DNA of 64,000 nucleotides. It comes from a virus. Positions 41,602 to 51,123 of this stretch are shown in pieces (position 1 is the first letter of the stretch; every line of letters starts with the position of its first letter). The stretch lies in the IMG/VR virus record IMGVR_UViG_3300046333_000090, one strand, 5' to 3'. Below the pieces are notes generated by a model. The model did not search any database, was not told where the DNA came from, and saw only the letters and a list, made by a program, of their open reading frames with translations. A program made the position numbers and the translations under genes.

Positions 41602-43917
41602 TCATACATCAATTATACTGATACTCACTGGGTCAGGAGTAGCTATTAAATAATTATTACCAGAAACCAAAGTAAGAGTAACCGTCTTATTACCTTCTAC
41701 AAAAGCACCAGTAATAGGAGTAATTATTAATTCTGTGGTAAGAATATTATTATTATCAAATGTAATAACTGTGTCAACTAATTCATAATCAATACCATTA
41801 ACCGCAATACCACCTAATATATAATTAACGCTCATAATACTAGTATTACCATCAGTCCTCGTAAAAGTAAATCCAGTGTTATTAGCATTAGCAACCACAC
41901 TAACATCAGTAGGATCAATAATAGTCATAATAAATATGTCTGGTGTAAGTATTTCGTATCCACCTCCAGCAACTAATGTAATAGTAACTGTCTCAGAACC
42001 ATCATTAAGCGCATCAAGAATAGGACGTATAGTTATAAAGGCATATTCAGAACCACGAGTAAATGTGACGGTATTATCCAGTAATTCATAATCAACACCA
42101 TTAACCGCAGTACCACCTAATGTGTAATTAATAGTTAGAGGATTAGTATTGGAACCAGTTCTTTGTAATGTGAACGTCCCAATGAAGTCATCATTTTCCA
42201 CAACAACAGGAAAATTAGCTGCATTCATAATCACACCAGCAAGAGAATCGTTAAGATTAATAGTAACGGGATTAGGAGTAATAACGGTATATTCGCTACT
42301 GCCTAGCACAGTTAATTGAATATTTTCAGTTGGTTCTGCTACGTTATCAATAGTAGGATCAATTATTAATTCAGCAGTGGCAGAACCAGCAGCAATTATG
42401 ACAGAAGAATTAATTACTGTATAATCAACCCCATCAGTAGCAGTACCACCTAATGTGTAATTAATAGTTAAAGGATTAGTAGTGGAACCACTTCTTGTGA
42501 ATGTATATGTAGCATTTACTACTTCATTTTCAACAATGCTCGTAGTACTAGCAACAGTGGTGATTTCAGGAAGTGCAGTAGTACTATCTAAAATATTAAT
42601 ACTTACCGGATCGGGAGTAATAGACACATATCCACTACCATCGACTAATGTAATAGAAACGGTTTCCGTTGCTTCGCTGTCTGCATCCACAATAGGAACG
42701 ATTACCAAAGTAGAAGTAGCAGAATTGGCACCAAAAATAATAGAATTACCTACCGCAACATAATCTGCACTAGTGGTAGCAGTACCACCCAATATATAAT
42801 TAACCGTCAATGGATTAGTAATATCGCCATTTCTTGTAAATGTATATACGGAATTGGTGTTTCCATCTTCAGTGATATTAGTATTAGTCGCAAATAAACT
42901 AACATCAACGGGAATAGTATTACTTAATAAATTAATAATTACCGGATTAATACTAATAGAAATATATCCGCTACCATTTATTAAATTTAATGATATTGTT
43001 TCTGTTTCCTCTTCAACATTATCAACAATAGGATTGATTACTAGTGTGGTGGTAGAAGAATTGGTAGCAAATATAGCTGAGGTACTAATTAATTCATAAT
43101 CAACACCATTAACCGCAGTACCACCTAATGTGTAATTAATAGTTAGAGGATTAGCAGTGGAACCACTTCTTGTGAATGTATATGTAGCATTTAATACTTC
43201 ATTTTCAACAATAGTTGCCGTAGATGCAGTAACACTAACCTGAATATTACTTACCAACTCAAAATTAATAATATTTACAACAACTGGATTAACAGTATTT
43301 TTAATATATTCTGTATCATCAAGTAATTCTACAGAAATCGTTTCTGTAAATTCTACAATATTATCAGAAGTAGGATCGATTATCAGGGTGGCAGTATCAG
43401 ATCCCGCAGGTATTATAATATTATCAGGTAATAACGCATAATCAAAACCATTAGTACAAGAACCGCTTAATATATAATTTACCACCAAGTCATAATTGTT
43501 ATACCCAGTTCTAGTAAATGTATATACTAGATTGGTAGCACTATTTTCATCAGCAGTAGAAATAGTGGCAGATACACTGACCCCGACATCTTTAATTATA
43601 TTTACTATAATTGGGGTAATAGTATCTACAGCATAATCAGCACTATCCACTAATGTTAAAGAAATAGCCTCATACAATTGAGTAAGATTAGTTGTGCGAG
43701 GATTAATAGTTAATGTAGTAGTATTAGATCCGGCGGGGATGACGATGGGAATTTTGGCAGAAATCGCACCAACATTATTACTATCAGTAAATCTATAAAA
43801 AATAGTCAATGGATTGTCTGTACTACCAGTTCTAATAAATGTAAATTCGATATAATGTATAGTATTTACCGAATTATAAACTCTAACTCTAGTATCATCA
43901 GAAATTAATATTGGCAT
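41602..43917 (-). CDS. tandem Calx-beta-like repeat protein (about 7 repeats of ~110 aa), late gene
   Basis: Repeats of YTFTR.G...PLTINY.LGGTA..G.DY...P..D...E.TET; TATAAATA upstream. Confidence 0.8.
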   Translation of the reverse strand: MPILISDDTRVRVYNSVNTIHYIEFTFIRTGSTDNPLTIFYRFTDSNNVGAISAKIPIVIPAGSNTTTLTINPRTTNLTQLYEAISLTLVDSADYAVDTITPIIVNIIKDVGVSVSATISTADENSATNLVYTFTRTGYNNYDLVVNYILSGSCTNGFDYALLPDNIIIPAGSDTATLIIDPTSDNIVEFTETISVELLDDTEYIKNTVNPVVVNIINFELVSNIQVSVTASTATIVENEVLNATYTFTRSGSTANPLTINYTLGGTAVNGVDYELISTSAIFATNSSTTTLVINPIVDNVEEETETISLNLINGSGYISISINPVIINLLSNTIPVDVSLFATNTNITEDGNTNSVYTFTRNGDITNPLTVNYILGGTATTSADYVAVGNSIIFGANSATSTLVIVPIVDADSEATETVSITLVDGSGYVSITPDPVSINILDSTTALPEITTVASTTSIVENEVVNATYTFTRSGSTTNPLTINYTLGGTATDGVDYTVINSSVIIAAGSATAELIIDPTIDNVAEPTENIQLTVLGSSEYTVITPNPVTINLNDSLAGVIMNAANFPVVVENDDFIGTFTLQRTGSNTNPLTINYTLGGTAVNGVDYELLDNTVTFTRGSEYAFITIRPILDALNDGSETVTITLVAGGGYEILTPDIFIMTIIDPTDVSVVANANNTGFTFTRTDGNTSIMSVNYILGGIAVNGIDYELVDTVITFDNNNILTTELIITPITGAFVEGNKTVTLTLVSGNNYLIATPDPVSISIIDV

Positions 43918-43952
43918 AAAATTATTAAATTTAATATTTATATTTAGTTCAG

Positions 43953-44750
43953 CTAATTTATTGCCAATGCGAATCCAAAATCACTAGTAGCAGTTAATAA
44001 ATTATTATCTAATTGATTTATTGCCCCATCATTATTCAGATCGGTCTTAGCTACTGGCGTTACTACTAATGTAGATGCAGGCACGACACTATTATTGACT
44101 GTATTTATATTTACGGTTACATGTTTAATCAACTTATTACTGTTATCAGTAATTGCTCCAAATATATTACCACTAGCCGTAAATCTTAATGTATATATAA
44201 TTTCTCTAGTGGAATCCATATAATTCCCCGCATAACTATCACTATAATTAATATTATTCAGGGTGATTGGTACTTCTGTACTTGGGAATCCTGCCGTACT
44301 GACTATATTTATAGTGAATGTGGGAGTAAAGTATGGTAATATTTGTTCGACTATTTGTAGAACATCATCATTAGAAATAGTGAGTATATTGACTTCAAAA
44401 TCTAAATTGTAGGGCACTGGTACTAAAGTTGAGGACTTCCCATCAATACTGCAATTGTAGAGTTTGTTTAAGGTATTCAGTTTTCGTTCTGGATCGTATT
44501 GGAGCGAGATCATCTCAAAAACGATCTGAGGATACTTCATTCCAATCAAAGTAGTATCTTCCAGATCTGGTACTTCTAGTGCCCTCGCTAGAAGGCGGTC
44601 TCTGTTCGAGTAGTGGATCGGGACTTTGATAGTTTGGATCAATGTGTTGGTCTTGTCATATCTTCGTAATTCAATGTTCGAGAATAGAGTGCCGAATGCT
44701 ATAATAATTCGTTTAATTGATTCGTTATAAAACCATCTATTTCCTAACAT
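43953..44750 (-). CDS. gp15: tail sheath stabilizer/terminator gp15
   Basis: FYNESIKRIIIAFGTLFSNI...VPVPYNL.F...LQIVEQILPYFTP. Confidence 0.92.
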   Translation of the reverse strand: MLGNRWFYNESIKRIIIAFGTLFSNIELRRYDKTNTLIQTIKVPIHYSNRDRLLARALEVPDLEDTTLIGMKYPQIVFEMISLQYDPERKLNTLNKLYNCSIDGKSSTLVPVPYNLDFEVNILTISNDDVLQIVEQILPYFTPTFTINIVSTAGFPSTEVPITLNNINYSDSYAGNYMDSTREIIYTLRFTASGNIFGAITDNSNKLIKHVTVNINTVNNSVVPASTLVVTPVAKTDLNNDGAINQLDNNLLTATSDFGFALAIN

Positions 44751-44817
44751 TTTTATATTTTGATACTTGTATTCATATTTAGAGTTATGGTGCGTTGTGG
44801 GGCATCCTAGACCTCTC

Positions 44818-45081
44818 TCAGAGCAGAATAGGTTTACCCCATGTTGCTTGATTCTCTAGATGTGCTTCAATTAATTGATTTTGACATACCTCCCTGTGCT
44901 AAAGCATCGCTTCGCTCAGGGATTCCTCTGCGTTTCTCAGAACAATTGCTATCTAATTACCCCGTAAGGGGTTTTTACCCAAATCTCCGATAAACTATCT
45001 TTTTATTAGCATTTTTTTATATACATTATGATTAGGTTGATCGAACTGCCAAAGATTTAATATTTTACAGAAATGAATCAT
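44818..45081 (-). pseudogene. HNH family relic (copy 5) whose middle is replaced by an IS605 right-end fragment
   Basis: MIHFCKILNLWQFDQPNHN start and NQLIEAHLENQATWGKPILL end flank the insert. Confidence 0.8.
44881..44970 (-). mobile_element. 90-bp copy of the IS605/TnpB right end
   Basis: 85 of 90 bases identical to 1167-1256, ending in ...GAGGTATGTCAA. Confidence 0.9.
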
Positions 45082-45123
45082 AATTTGCTAATATAAAGTA
45101 TATAATCATTATAACACAAAAAA

Positions 45124-45984
45124 TTAAAAGTTATTCATAAAATTACTTGTCACGATTTTGCCTAAAGCATTGACTTCGCTCTGATCTACAATAGTATCTG
45201 CCTTCTTCTCTAGTAAATCATTTATATCCATCAAAATATTAGTATCATCAGTGGTCTTAAATTTGGCAATACTCCAGACAGTAGAACCACTAATTATAGG
45301 TAAAATCTCATTCACCGCACCATTCATATCAATTAATTTCAATTCTCTAGTGACTATATTCCAGTCAACTACCTTACCATTAACAGTTCCATTATTTGCC
45401 GCTTCGCCAATAATAAAATCACCAACTCCAGCATCTAATGTGATAGTAAGTGCAGTGCTAAACCCGTTTGCTTCTCGTTCCACAATGTCAGTATTAATAC
45501 GTTGATTGCTATATTTGTAAGCTTCACAACTTAATTTGTACGTTTGTATCTTACCGAACTGTCTATAGGGGTTCTCTTCTTCAACAAACTTTATTTGAAA
45601 CAGTTCTCTAGAAACGATAGAATATATAAGATCCCCTTCCAATGGTCTGGTTAGTGATGAAAGATTGTTGTCCAATACCACTTGCTCAAACTTAGTTTTA
45701 GAGATGGTGTATATTGCTTCATCCTTAACTTCTATCCCAAACTTACCAAAAATGTTAGCTTGATTCCCAAACCCAGAGTTTTGATTGTCCATATATGCTT
45801 CTAATAAAAAAGATTCCGTGTATTTGGACAGAATATCCTCACCAAATAAAGTATCAAAATTGACAATTGTGCGAGGAAGATATAGAATGTCCTCACCCAT
45901 GATATAGATGGATTCAGTGATGATGTTTTCATATAATCTCTGCTCATTTTCCGAAGAATTTCTAAAGTACGGTGATTTAGCCAT
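45124..45984 (-). CDS. gp14: neck protein gp14
   Basis: EQRLYENIITESIYIMGEDILYLPR...FGKFGIEVKDE...RPLEGDLIY...YKLSCEAYKYS. Confidence 0.92.
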   Translation of the reverse strand: MAKSPYFRNSSENEQRLYENIITESIYIMGEDILYLPRTIVNFDTLFGEDILSKYTESFLLEAYMDNQNSGFGNQANIFGKFGIEVKDEAIYTISKTKFEQVVLDNNLSSLTRPLEGDLIYSIVSRELFQIKFVEEENPYRQFGKIQTYKLSCEAYKYSNQRINTDIVEREANGFSTALTITLDAGVGDFIIGEAANNGTVNGKVVDWNIVTRELKLIDMNGAVNEILPIISGSTVWSIAKFKTTDDTNILMDINDLLEKKADTIVDQSEVNALGKIVTSNFMNNF

Positions 45985-46201
45985 TGTAACCCCAAATATT
46001 GGTATTAATATTTATAAAAAAACTCCCCATTATTAACAGGGAGTTATTAAATTTAATAATTATATTCTTCCAAAGTTTGTCTAGCTGCATCTTCTGCGGT
46101 TAACCCATTATTAATTAAATACCTGCGGCGCGATACTAGTTTACAAATCATTTGCTTATCGTTTTTTATACTAAAAATCAGTGTTTTTAATTTGGTGTCC
46201 A

Positions 46202-46594
46202 TTATAGTTTATGTAGTGATGTGAACATAGTTTCTCCAGCAATTGATAACTCTAATAAAAATTCGGAAACAGTTGGCAATTTTGATAAATTATTAAGGTA
46301 GTATTCAACTTTGTTGAATATAAAATCAAAATCTGCATCGTCTGATATTAATACAGTTTCTGCTGACCAATCACCATCATCAATGTTATTAATAGTCACA
46401 TTAACTGCCGCACCATTTTGTTTAATATTTTTTACATATTTTATAGACTGACGTAATTTGATCGATAGTAATCCACTATCATAATCAAACATTGGAAAAT
46501 CACCAGTGGGTATATAACGAATGAGGTTATATTTAGACATTTCTCGAAATTTAAAATATTCTCGATAGACTGCGGACAAACTTTTATAGTTCAT
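46202..46594 (-). CDS. hypothetical protein downstream of the orphan omega RNA
   Basis: 130-aa ORF with no PLMP, RuvC or HNH motifs. Confidence 0.6.
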   Translation of the reverse strand: MNYKSLSAVYREYFKFREMSKYNLIRYIPTGDFPMFDYDSGLLSIKLRQSIKYVKNIKQNGAAVNVTINNIDDGDWSAETVLISDDADFDFIFNKVEYYLNNLSKLPTVSEFLLELSIAGETMFTSLHKL

Positions 46595-46619
46595 TGTTAT
46601 TAATATTTGAATGACCCGT

Positions 46620-46861
46620 ACTTACTAATAAAGTTACAAGTTCCTTAGACCAACATATCCAAGATGTCCTATTTAATAGAATCTAAACAATTAGATTTAT
46701 AGAGGTACAGCCTAGGAAAATATCTGAACGTATGTGCCAGGATATGTATTGTAGATGTGGTCAGACCACAAATGATCTAGACAAGACTTGAGTTAGATAT
46801 ATTGTTATACCCAAGCCACGGGGTTAACCCCGTGGTTCTTGACAATTAATCTTTCGCTACT
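46620..46861 (-). ncRNA. orphan IscB/IsrB-type omega RNA (HEARO-like) with a ~18-nt 5' guide
   Basis: Scaffold starts at 46843 with GTCAAGAACCACGGGGTTAACCCCGTGGCTTG...CAAGTCTTG...TGGCACATAC...TTTTCCTAG...GACATCTT...GTTGGTCTAAGGAACT; TGTCATAAT promoter at 46875-46867. Confidence 0.7.
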
Positions 46862-46888
46862 TATATATTATGACACCATCTCCATAAA

Positions 46889-46918
46889 ATGGTTATCCGC
46901 CATTTGGCGGATAACCAA
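46889..46918 (-). terminator. terminator hairpin after DNA polymerase
   Basis: TGGTTATCCGCC-attt-GGCGGATAACCA perfect stem. Confidence 0.8.
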
Positions 46919-46922
46919 TACA

Positions 46923-49409
46923 CTAGAACAGCAAATCTTCTAGTGTATTGGATTCAGTTAATTCCCATCCTACAACATTTAGAACGCCCTCTAGGGGAGT
47001 TAAGAAACATTTCTCTAGCATTAAGTCGTGATCCACATACTGCTCTAACCCCATTTCTGGCGGTATGCTGCCAAAAAAGGCAATAATATTCTCGTGGATG
47101 GGATTGGGCATCTTTAGATATACCGTTTTAATTTTATCACCATTTTTGATTAATTGATATTTTTTTTCCAAATTATTAACAAGAATATATCCATTATATA
47201 CAATTGCAGACCTTGCACCAATAGGTGTCCCTTTTATGTATCCATTACTATACGGATCCGTATACTTGTTCACATCAGACACTCCACGCGCAACACCAAT
47301 TTCGGCAGAAGTTAGCTTTTTGCTATCAGACCGTACCCGATCTACATATTCAATCAATTCTGAATTATTAGAATTGATGATAACAGAATATGCAGAGTTC
47401 AACTTATCTCGAAAACACTTAGGAGTAGACGAACGTACTACTTCTAATCCAACTACCTTTAATTTTGGTTCTTTGTAGCGCACCCCTTCTGCATCATAAA
47501 CATTAGATATGTATCGTTTTTTACCAGTAATCAAGAATTTACTAGAAATCGTGTCCCGAACCATCGTAAGACACTGCTTATACACATGCAAATATTCTCC
47601 CAGTTCGTCATATATTTCTGATATCTTTGGACTGATAATAGCTTGACAATATTCGTCCAAATAATCAACTATTTGCTCATTATTCATACCTTCACATTTA
47701 GCCAATACTAAATCGTTAAAATCAATAAACATAGAATCTGTATCGTTAGCAATAATACGGTCTTTACTCTTGCCTACTAGTTCAGAAATAAATATGTTAA
47801 TTCTGTCACTCGCGCAACGAATAGCGACTTGTCCAGTATGCGTAATTGAAGTAGCGTTTGCTAAGTTATAATACCTGAAATATGGCGATCCTAGAACACC
47901 ATAAGCACTATTCATGGCAATTTTTTTGGCAAGCTGTATGTTATTGTAGGTAGATATATCTATCGCTAATTGCTCGGTAGGATTAATTTGATATTCCTTT
48001 TCTGCTTCTTTTTGTAATTTTTTATAATGTTTTCGTTCACTATAGTACTTTGACATTAGTTGAGATAACATACCTTCACTAGTACGATCATACAACGTAC
48101 CAGAAGGAGAAATACAATAATCGGTGTATCGAGAGAAGTCTAAACTTTCATTCAATACCTTTTCTATTGTTATTTGTGGGTCAAATCCTCGTATAGTCTC
48201 TGGGGAGATATTAAGCAGTTGGATAATGTGAGGATACAGAGATGCCAAATCGAATGACACAACCCAACTATACATACCAGGGTTAGGTTCTTTGACAAAT
48301 GCACCATCAAATTTGTCATCTTTGGTATTATAAGCTTTAGAAGGAACTACTATATTTCTTTCTTTGAGGTAATTATAGATAATATTATCCCAGCAACATA
48401 CTTGAGAATATACATCAGAGAAATTAATTTTGGCATCATATGATACTACTAATGCTAAGTCTAGTAGACCCATCTTTTCTTCTAATCGCCGGAGTAATCG
48501 TACATCTTGTAAATTATAAGAAGTAAATTTGAAAATGTTTTCAGTGTAGAATGAAATCCAACTACCATACTCGCTATGATCTAACTTTTCTGCCCCCAAT
48601 TCCACATTAGCAATATGATCCAATGAATAACTTTCTTGATTCTTATATGTAAACTTTTTGTAAAGCTGCATATAATCTAAGTGAGATACCCCTACGATCT
48701 CATACACAGTATATTCATTACCAAAATCATAATCCTTTTTAGTATGAATCCTACCCCAAGGTGACAACTTCTTGCTATATGATTCACCCAAGACTAGATT
48801 GATTCGATTAATTATATAGGGAATATCAAATTTTATACCATTCCAACTAGAAAGAACATCTGGATAATTATCTTTCCAATAATTAAGAAACCCAATCAGC
48901 ATATCAGGTTCAGTGCTATATTGGTGATACACCGTATCTACTTCTTCTAAAGTTATATCTGCAATACCATACACATTGTATATCTTTGTATATGAATCGT
49001 ATAAAGTAAGACAAATTATACTCTCTTGTGGATCGTTTACATTGGGAAATCCATATTCGCTGGTAGTTTCGATATCCAAATAGAACTTCCTGACCAGTTC
49101 ATTATTAAATTTAATAATTTCTGGAAACTTTTCTGATAACCATATATAGTTAAATTTCTCATAACCATACACTTTGAAATCAGTTACATACTCGTACTCC
49201 TTAATAAAATCCTTTGCTTCTTTGACGGTATTGAAGGATTTTGGTGATACAAATTCGCCAGATAAAGTTTTATAATCAGTGGGAGTATTTGATTTTAGAT
49301 ATAAAGATGGGGAAATTGGTTCTTTGAATTGAACCCTTTTCCCATCCTGATACCCAATATAATATATAATATTTCCGAAAAGTTTGCAGCTAACATACTG
49401 TGCAGACAT
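46923..49409 (-). CDS. gp43: family B DNA polymerase gp43
   Basis: Exo I LDIETTS; region II SFDLASLYPHII; region III KIAMNSAYG; region I NDTDS; KKRY; 828 aa, uninterrupted. Confidence 0.97.
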   Translation of the reverse strand: MSAQYVSCKLFGNIIYYIGYQDGKRVQFKEPISPSLYLKSNTPTDYKTLSGEFVSPKSFNTVKEAKDFIKEYEYVTDFKVYGYEKFNYIWLSEKFPEIIKFNNELVRKFYLDIETTSEYGFPNVNDPQESIICLTLYDSYTKIYNVYGIADITLEEVDTVYHQYSTEPDMLIGFLNYWKDNYPDVLSSWNGIKFDIPYIINRINLVLGESYSKKLSPWGRIHTKKDYDFGNEYTVYEIVGVSHLDYMQLYKKFTYKNQESYSLDHIANVELGAEKLDHSEYGSWISFYTENIFKFTSYNLQDVRLLRRLEEKMGLLDLALVVSYDAKINFSDVYSQVCCWDNIIYNYLKERNIVVPSKAYNTKDDKFDGAFVKEPNPGMYSWVVSFDLASLYPHIIQLLNISPETIRGFDPQITIEKVLNESLDFSRYTDYCISPSGTLYDRTSEGMLSQLMSKYYSERKHYKKLQKEAEKEYQINPTEQLAIDISTYNNIQLAKKIAMNSAYGVLGSPYFRYYNLANATSITHTGQVAIRCASDRINIFISELVGKSKDRIIANDTDSMFIDFNDLVLAKCEGMNNEQIVDYLDEYCQAIISPKISEIYDELGEYLHVYKQCLTMVRDTISSKFLITGKKRYISNVYDAEGVRYKEPKLKVVGLEVVRSSTPKCFRDKLNSAYSVIINSNNSELIEYVDRVRSDSKKLTSAEIGVARGVSDVNKYTDPYSNGYIKGTPIGARSAIVYNGYILVNNLEKKYQLIKNGDKIKTVYLKMPNPIHENIIAFFGSIPPEMGLEQYVDHDLMLEKCFLTPLEGVLNVVGWELTESNTLEDLLF

Positions 49410-49459
49410 GTTTCAATTTCCTTATTTTAATACTATCGTATCACTAAAATTAATTATTG

Positions 49460-49681
49460 TCAATCATCGATTTCTATATATCCTTCACCTACTAATGAAA
49501 AGTGATCGTAACCTAATGGCAATTGCATCCTCAATCGATTCCTTAATTGTATAGTGGCTGTCTGTAATATGGTTTCATATGGTTGTTTATAAACAATCAC
49601 TACACCAGATAATAAGGGTAGCTGATATTGAAAACAATAATATTTTAGTTTAGTATTCATAGCTTCACATATCCCACACAA
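49460..49681 (-). CDS. hypothetical protein
   Basis: 73-aa ORF in an operon-like run. Confidence 0.45.
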   Translation of the reverse strand: MCGICEAMNTKLKYYCFQYQLPLLSGVVIVYKQPYETILQTATIQLRNRLRMQLPLGYDHFSLVGEGYIEIDD

Positions 49682-50034
49682 GTTTGATATAATGCAGTAA
49701 ATTCCGCACCATTCGCAGTAACCATAATGTCTTCATATATTTTTTGAGACAATTCTTCTAATTTACCTTCTGGTAAGTCTTTCCAGACTTCATCTGGTTT
49801 TGTATTAACTACCAGATCTACTTTTTTAATTTGTGAATAATTATTAGCAGGATCGACTCCTCTCAACTCACGAACTTTATGGTTCGGCATATAATGAAGT
49901 TGTTTGTTTAGTATCCCATATTCTTTAATCAAATCACAAATTTCTGGTACTGTAATACCTAACTGCATAGCCATATCTGTACGACTACAACTTGTTTTTG
50001 CTAATAAAATTATTTCTTCTTTTGTTGGTTTCAT
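49657..50034 (-). CDS. HTH-containing hypothetical protein
   Basis: PTKEEIILLAK...DMAMQLGITVPEICDLIKEYGI resembles the N-terminus of 50043..51083; start likely MKPTK. Confidence 0.55.
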   Translation of the reverse strand: MKPTKEEIILLAKTSCSRTDMAMQLGITVPEICDLIKEYGILNKQLHYMPNHKVRELRGVDPANNYSQIKKVDLVVNTKPDEVWKDLPEGKLEELSQKIYEDIMVTANGAEFTALYQTCVGYVKL

Positions 50035-50042
50035 GTTCTTAA

Positions 50043-51083
50043 TTAAATATGTTTCCAAGTACGTCTTTCTACCATATCCGAAACAGTTTTTCTATCCAAA
50101 CTATAACGTCTAGATAATTCTCCTTTACTTACTCCTTCACTCCATAATCTTCTTATTTCTAATACTTGTTCGTCAGATACTTTACTATTCTTGTGCGAAC
50201 TTCCAACCATTGTACGAGATTTGATGACAACACCTGGGAATATTTTACGCTCCACATGTTTAAAGCATTCTCGTCTCAATATTCTCCCTACTTGTACTTG
50301 ACTGATTTGGAATTTCTCACCAATTTCTTTTTGTGTCCATTTATGTATATCATACAATTCTACAATATGGAGAATATCTTCTTCACTTAAATCAGAATTA
50401 GTTCGGAATTTCTCGGCTTTATCATTATTATTGTCTATTCTGGAACCTTCAAATAAATTATCTGGGTGAACATTTAATTTATTATCATCTTTATGACATA
50501 AACATATATCTGAAGTTAATACTACCTTTGTTAGTTGATATATGATTCTATGTATTTTATGAGATGATGGTTTTCCATTTTTACATAAAGTGATTTTAGG
50601 ATAGCCATTAGTGGTACTATACTTACACAACCAAGTATTTTCATCTATTACATCTATCTTACCTTCCAATTTTTCGATCATATCTTGCAAATATATATCA
50701 CTCAATCCTAATTTATTTACAATTGGCACACCAAAAATATTAAAATTAATATCTAATTCAATATATGCACGAACTACTCGCACAATATTATATTTATCAA
50801 TTAATCGATTTATTGTAGATGGCGAACTATTAAGTAATTTAGCTGCTTCTGATTGATGCCAATTACATTCTTCCAATGCTTCCATCAACTGTTCTCGACT
50901 AATGCTGCTGAATTTAGGTTTTTGTAGAAATATTAGTTCCTTTTTATTAATCCCCAATCGTTTAATGTGAAGATGAATACCAGTTACACTGTATCCTAAT
51001 TGTTTAGCTATATCAGAACCACTATGTACAGTTTTAGCAATATCAAGCAATTCTTTTTTCGTTAAAGTTATTTTATTAGCCAT
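50043..51083 (-). CDS. HNH homing endonuclease with multiple HTH domains
   Basis: GYPKI...HKIHRIIY...LCHKDDNKLNVHPDNLFEGSRIDNNND; RTWKHI tail; sits right after the IntN of terL piece 2. Confidence 0.85.
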   Translation of the reverse strand: MANKITLTKKELLDIAKTVHSGSDIAKQLGYSVTGIHLHIKRLGINKKELIFLQKPKFSSISREQLMEALEECNWHQSEAAKLLNSSPSTINRLIDKYNIVRVVRAYIELDINFNIFGVPIVNKLGLSDIYLQDMIEKLEGKIDVIDENTWLCKYSTTNGYPKITLCKNGKPSSHKIHRIIYQLTKVVLTSDICLCHKDDNKLNVHPDNLFEGSRIDNNNDKAEKFRTNSDLSEEDILHIVELYDIHKWTQKEIGEKFQISQVQVGRILRRECFKHVERKIFPGVVIKSRTMVGSSHKNSKVSDEQVLEIRRLWSEGVSKGELSRRYSLDRKTVSDMVERRTWKHI

Positions 51084-51123
51084 CTATACATCTTAATTCA
51101 ATAAATTAATCATAACATCCACA

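Noticed and set aside
46202-46594. IscB/IsrB protein downstream of the omega RNA
   Set aside because: Only 130 aa, with no PLMP, RuvC, bridge-helix or HNH motifs.
46923-49409. Intein or intron in the DNA polymerase
   Set aside because: The 828-aa ORF has contiguous family B motifs and no insertion.
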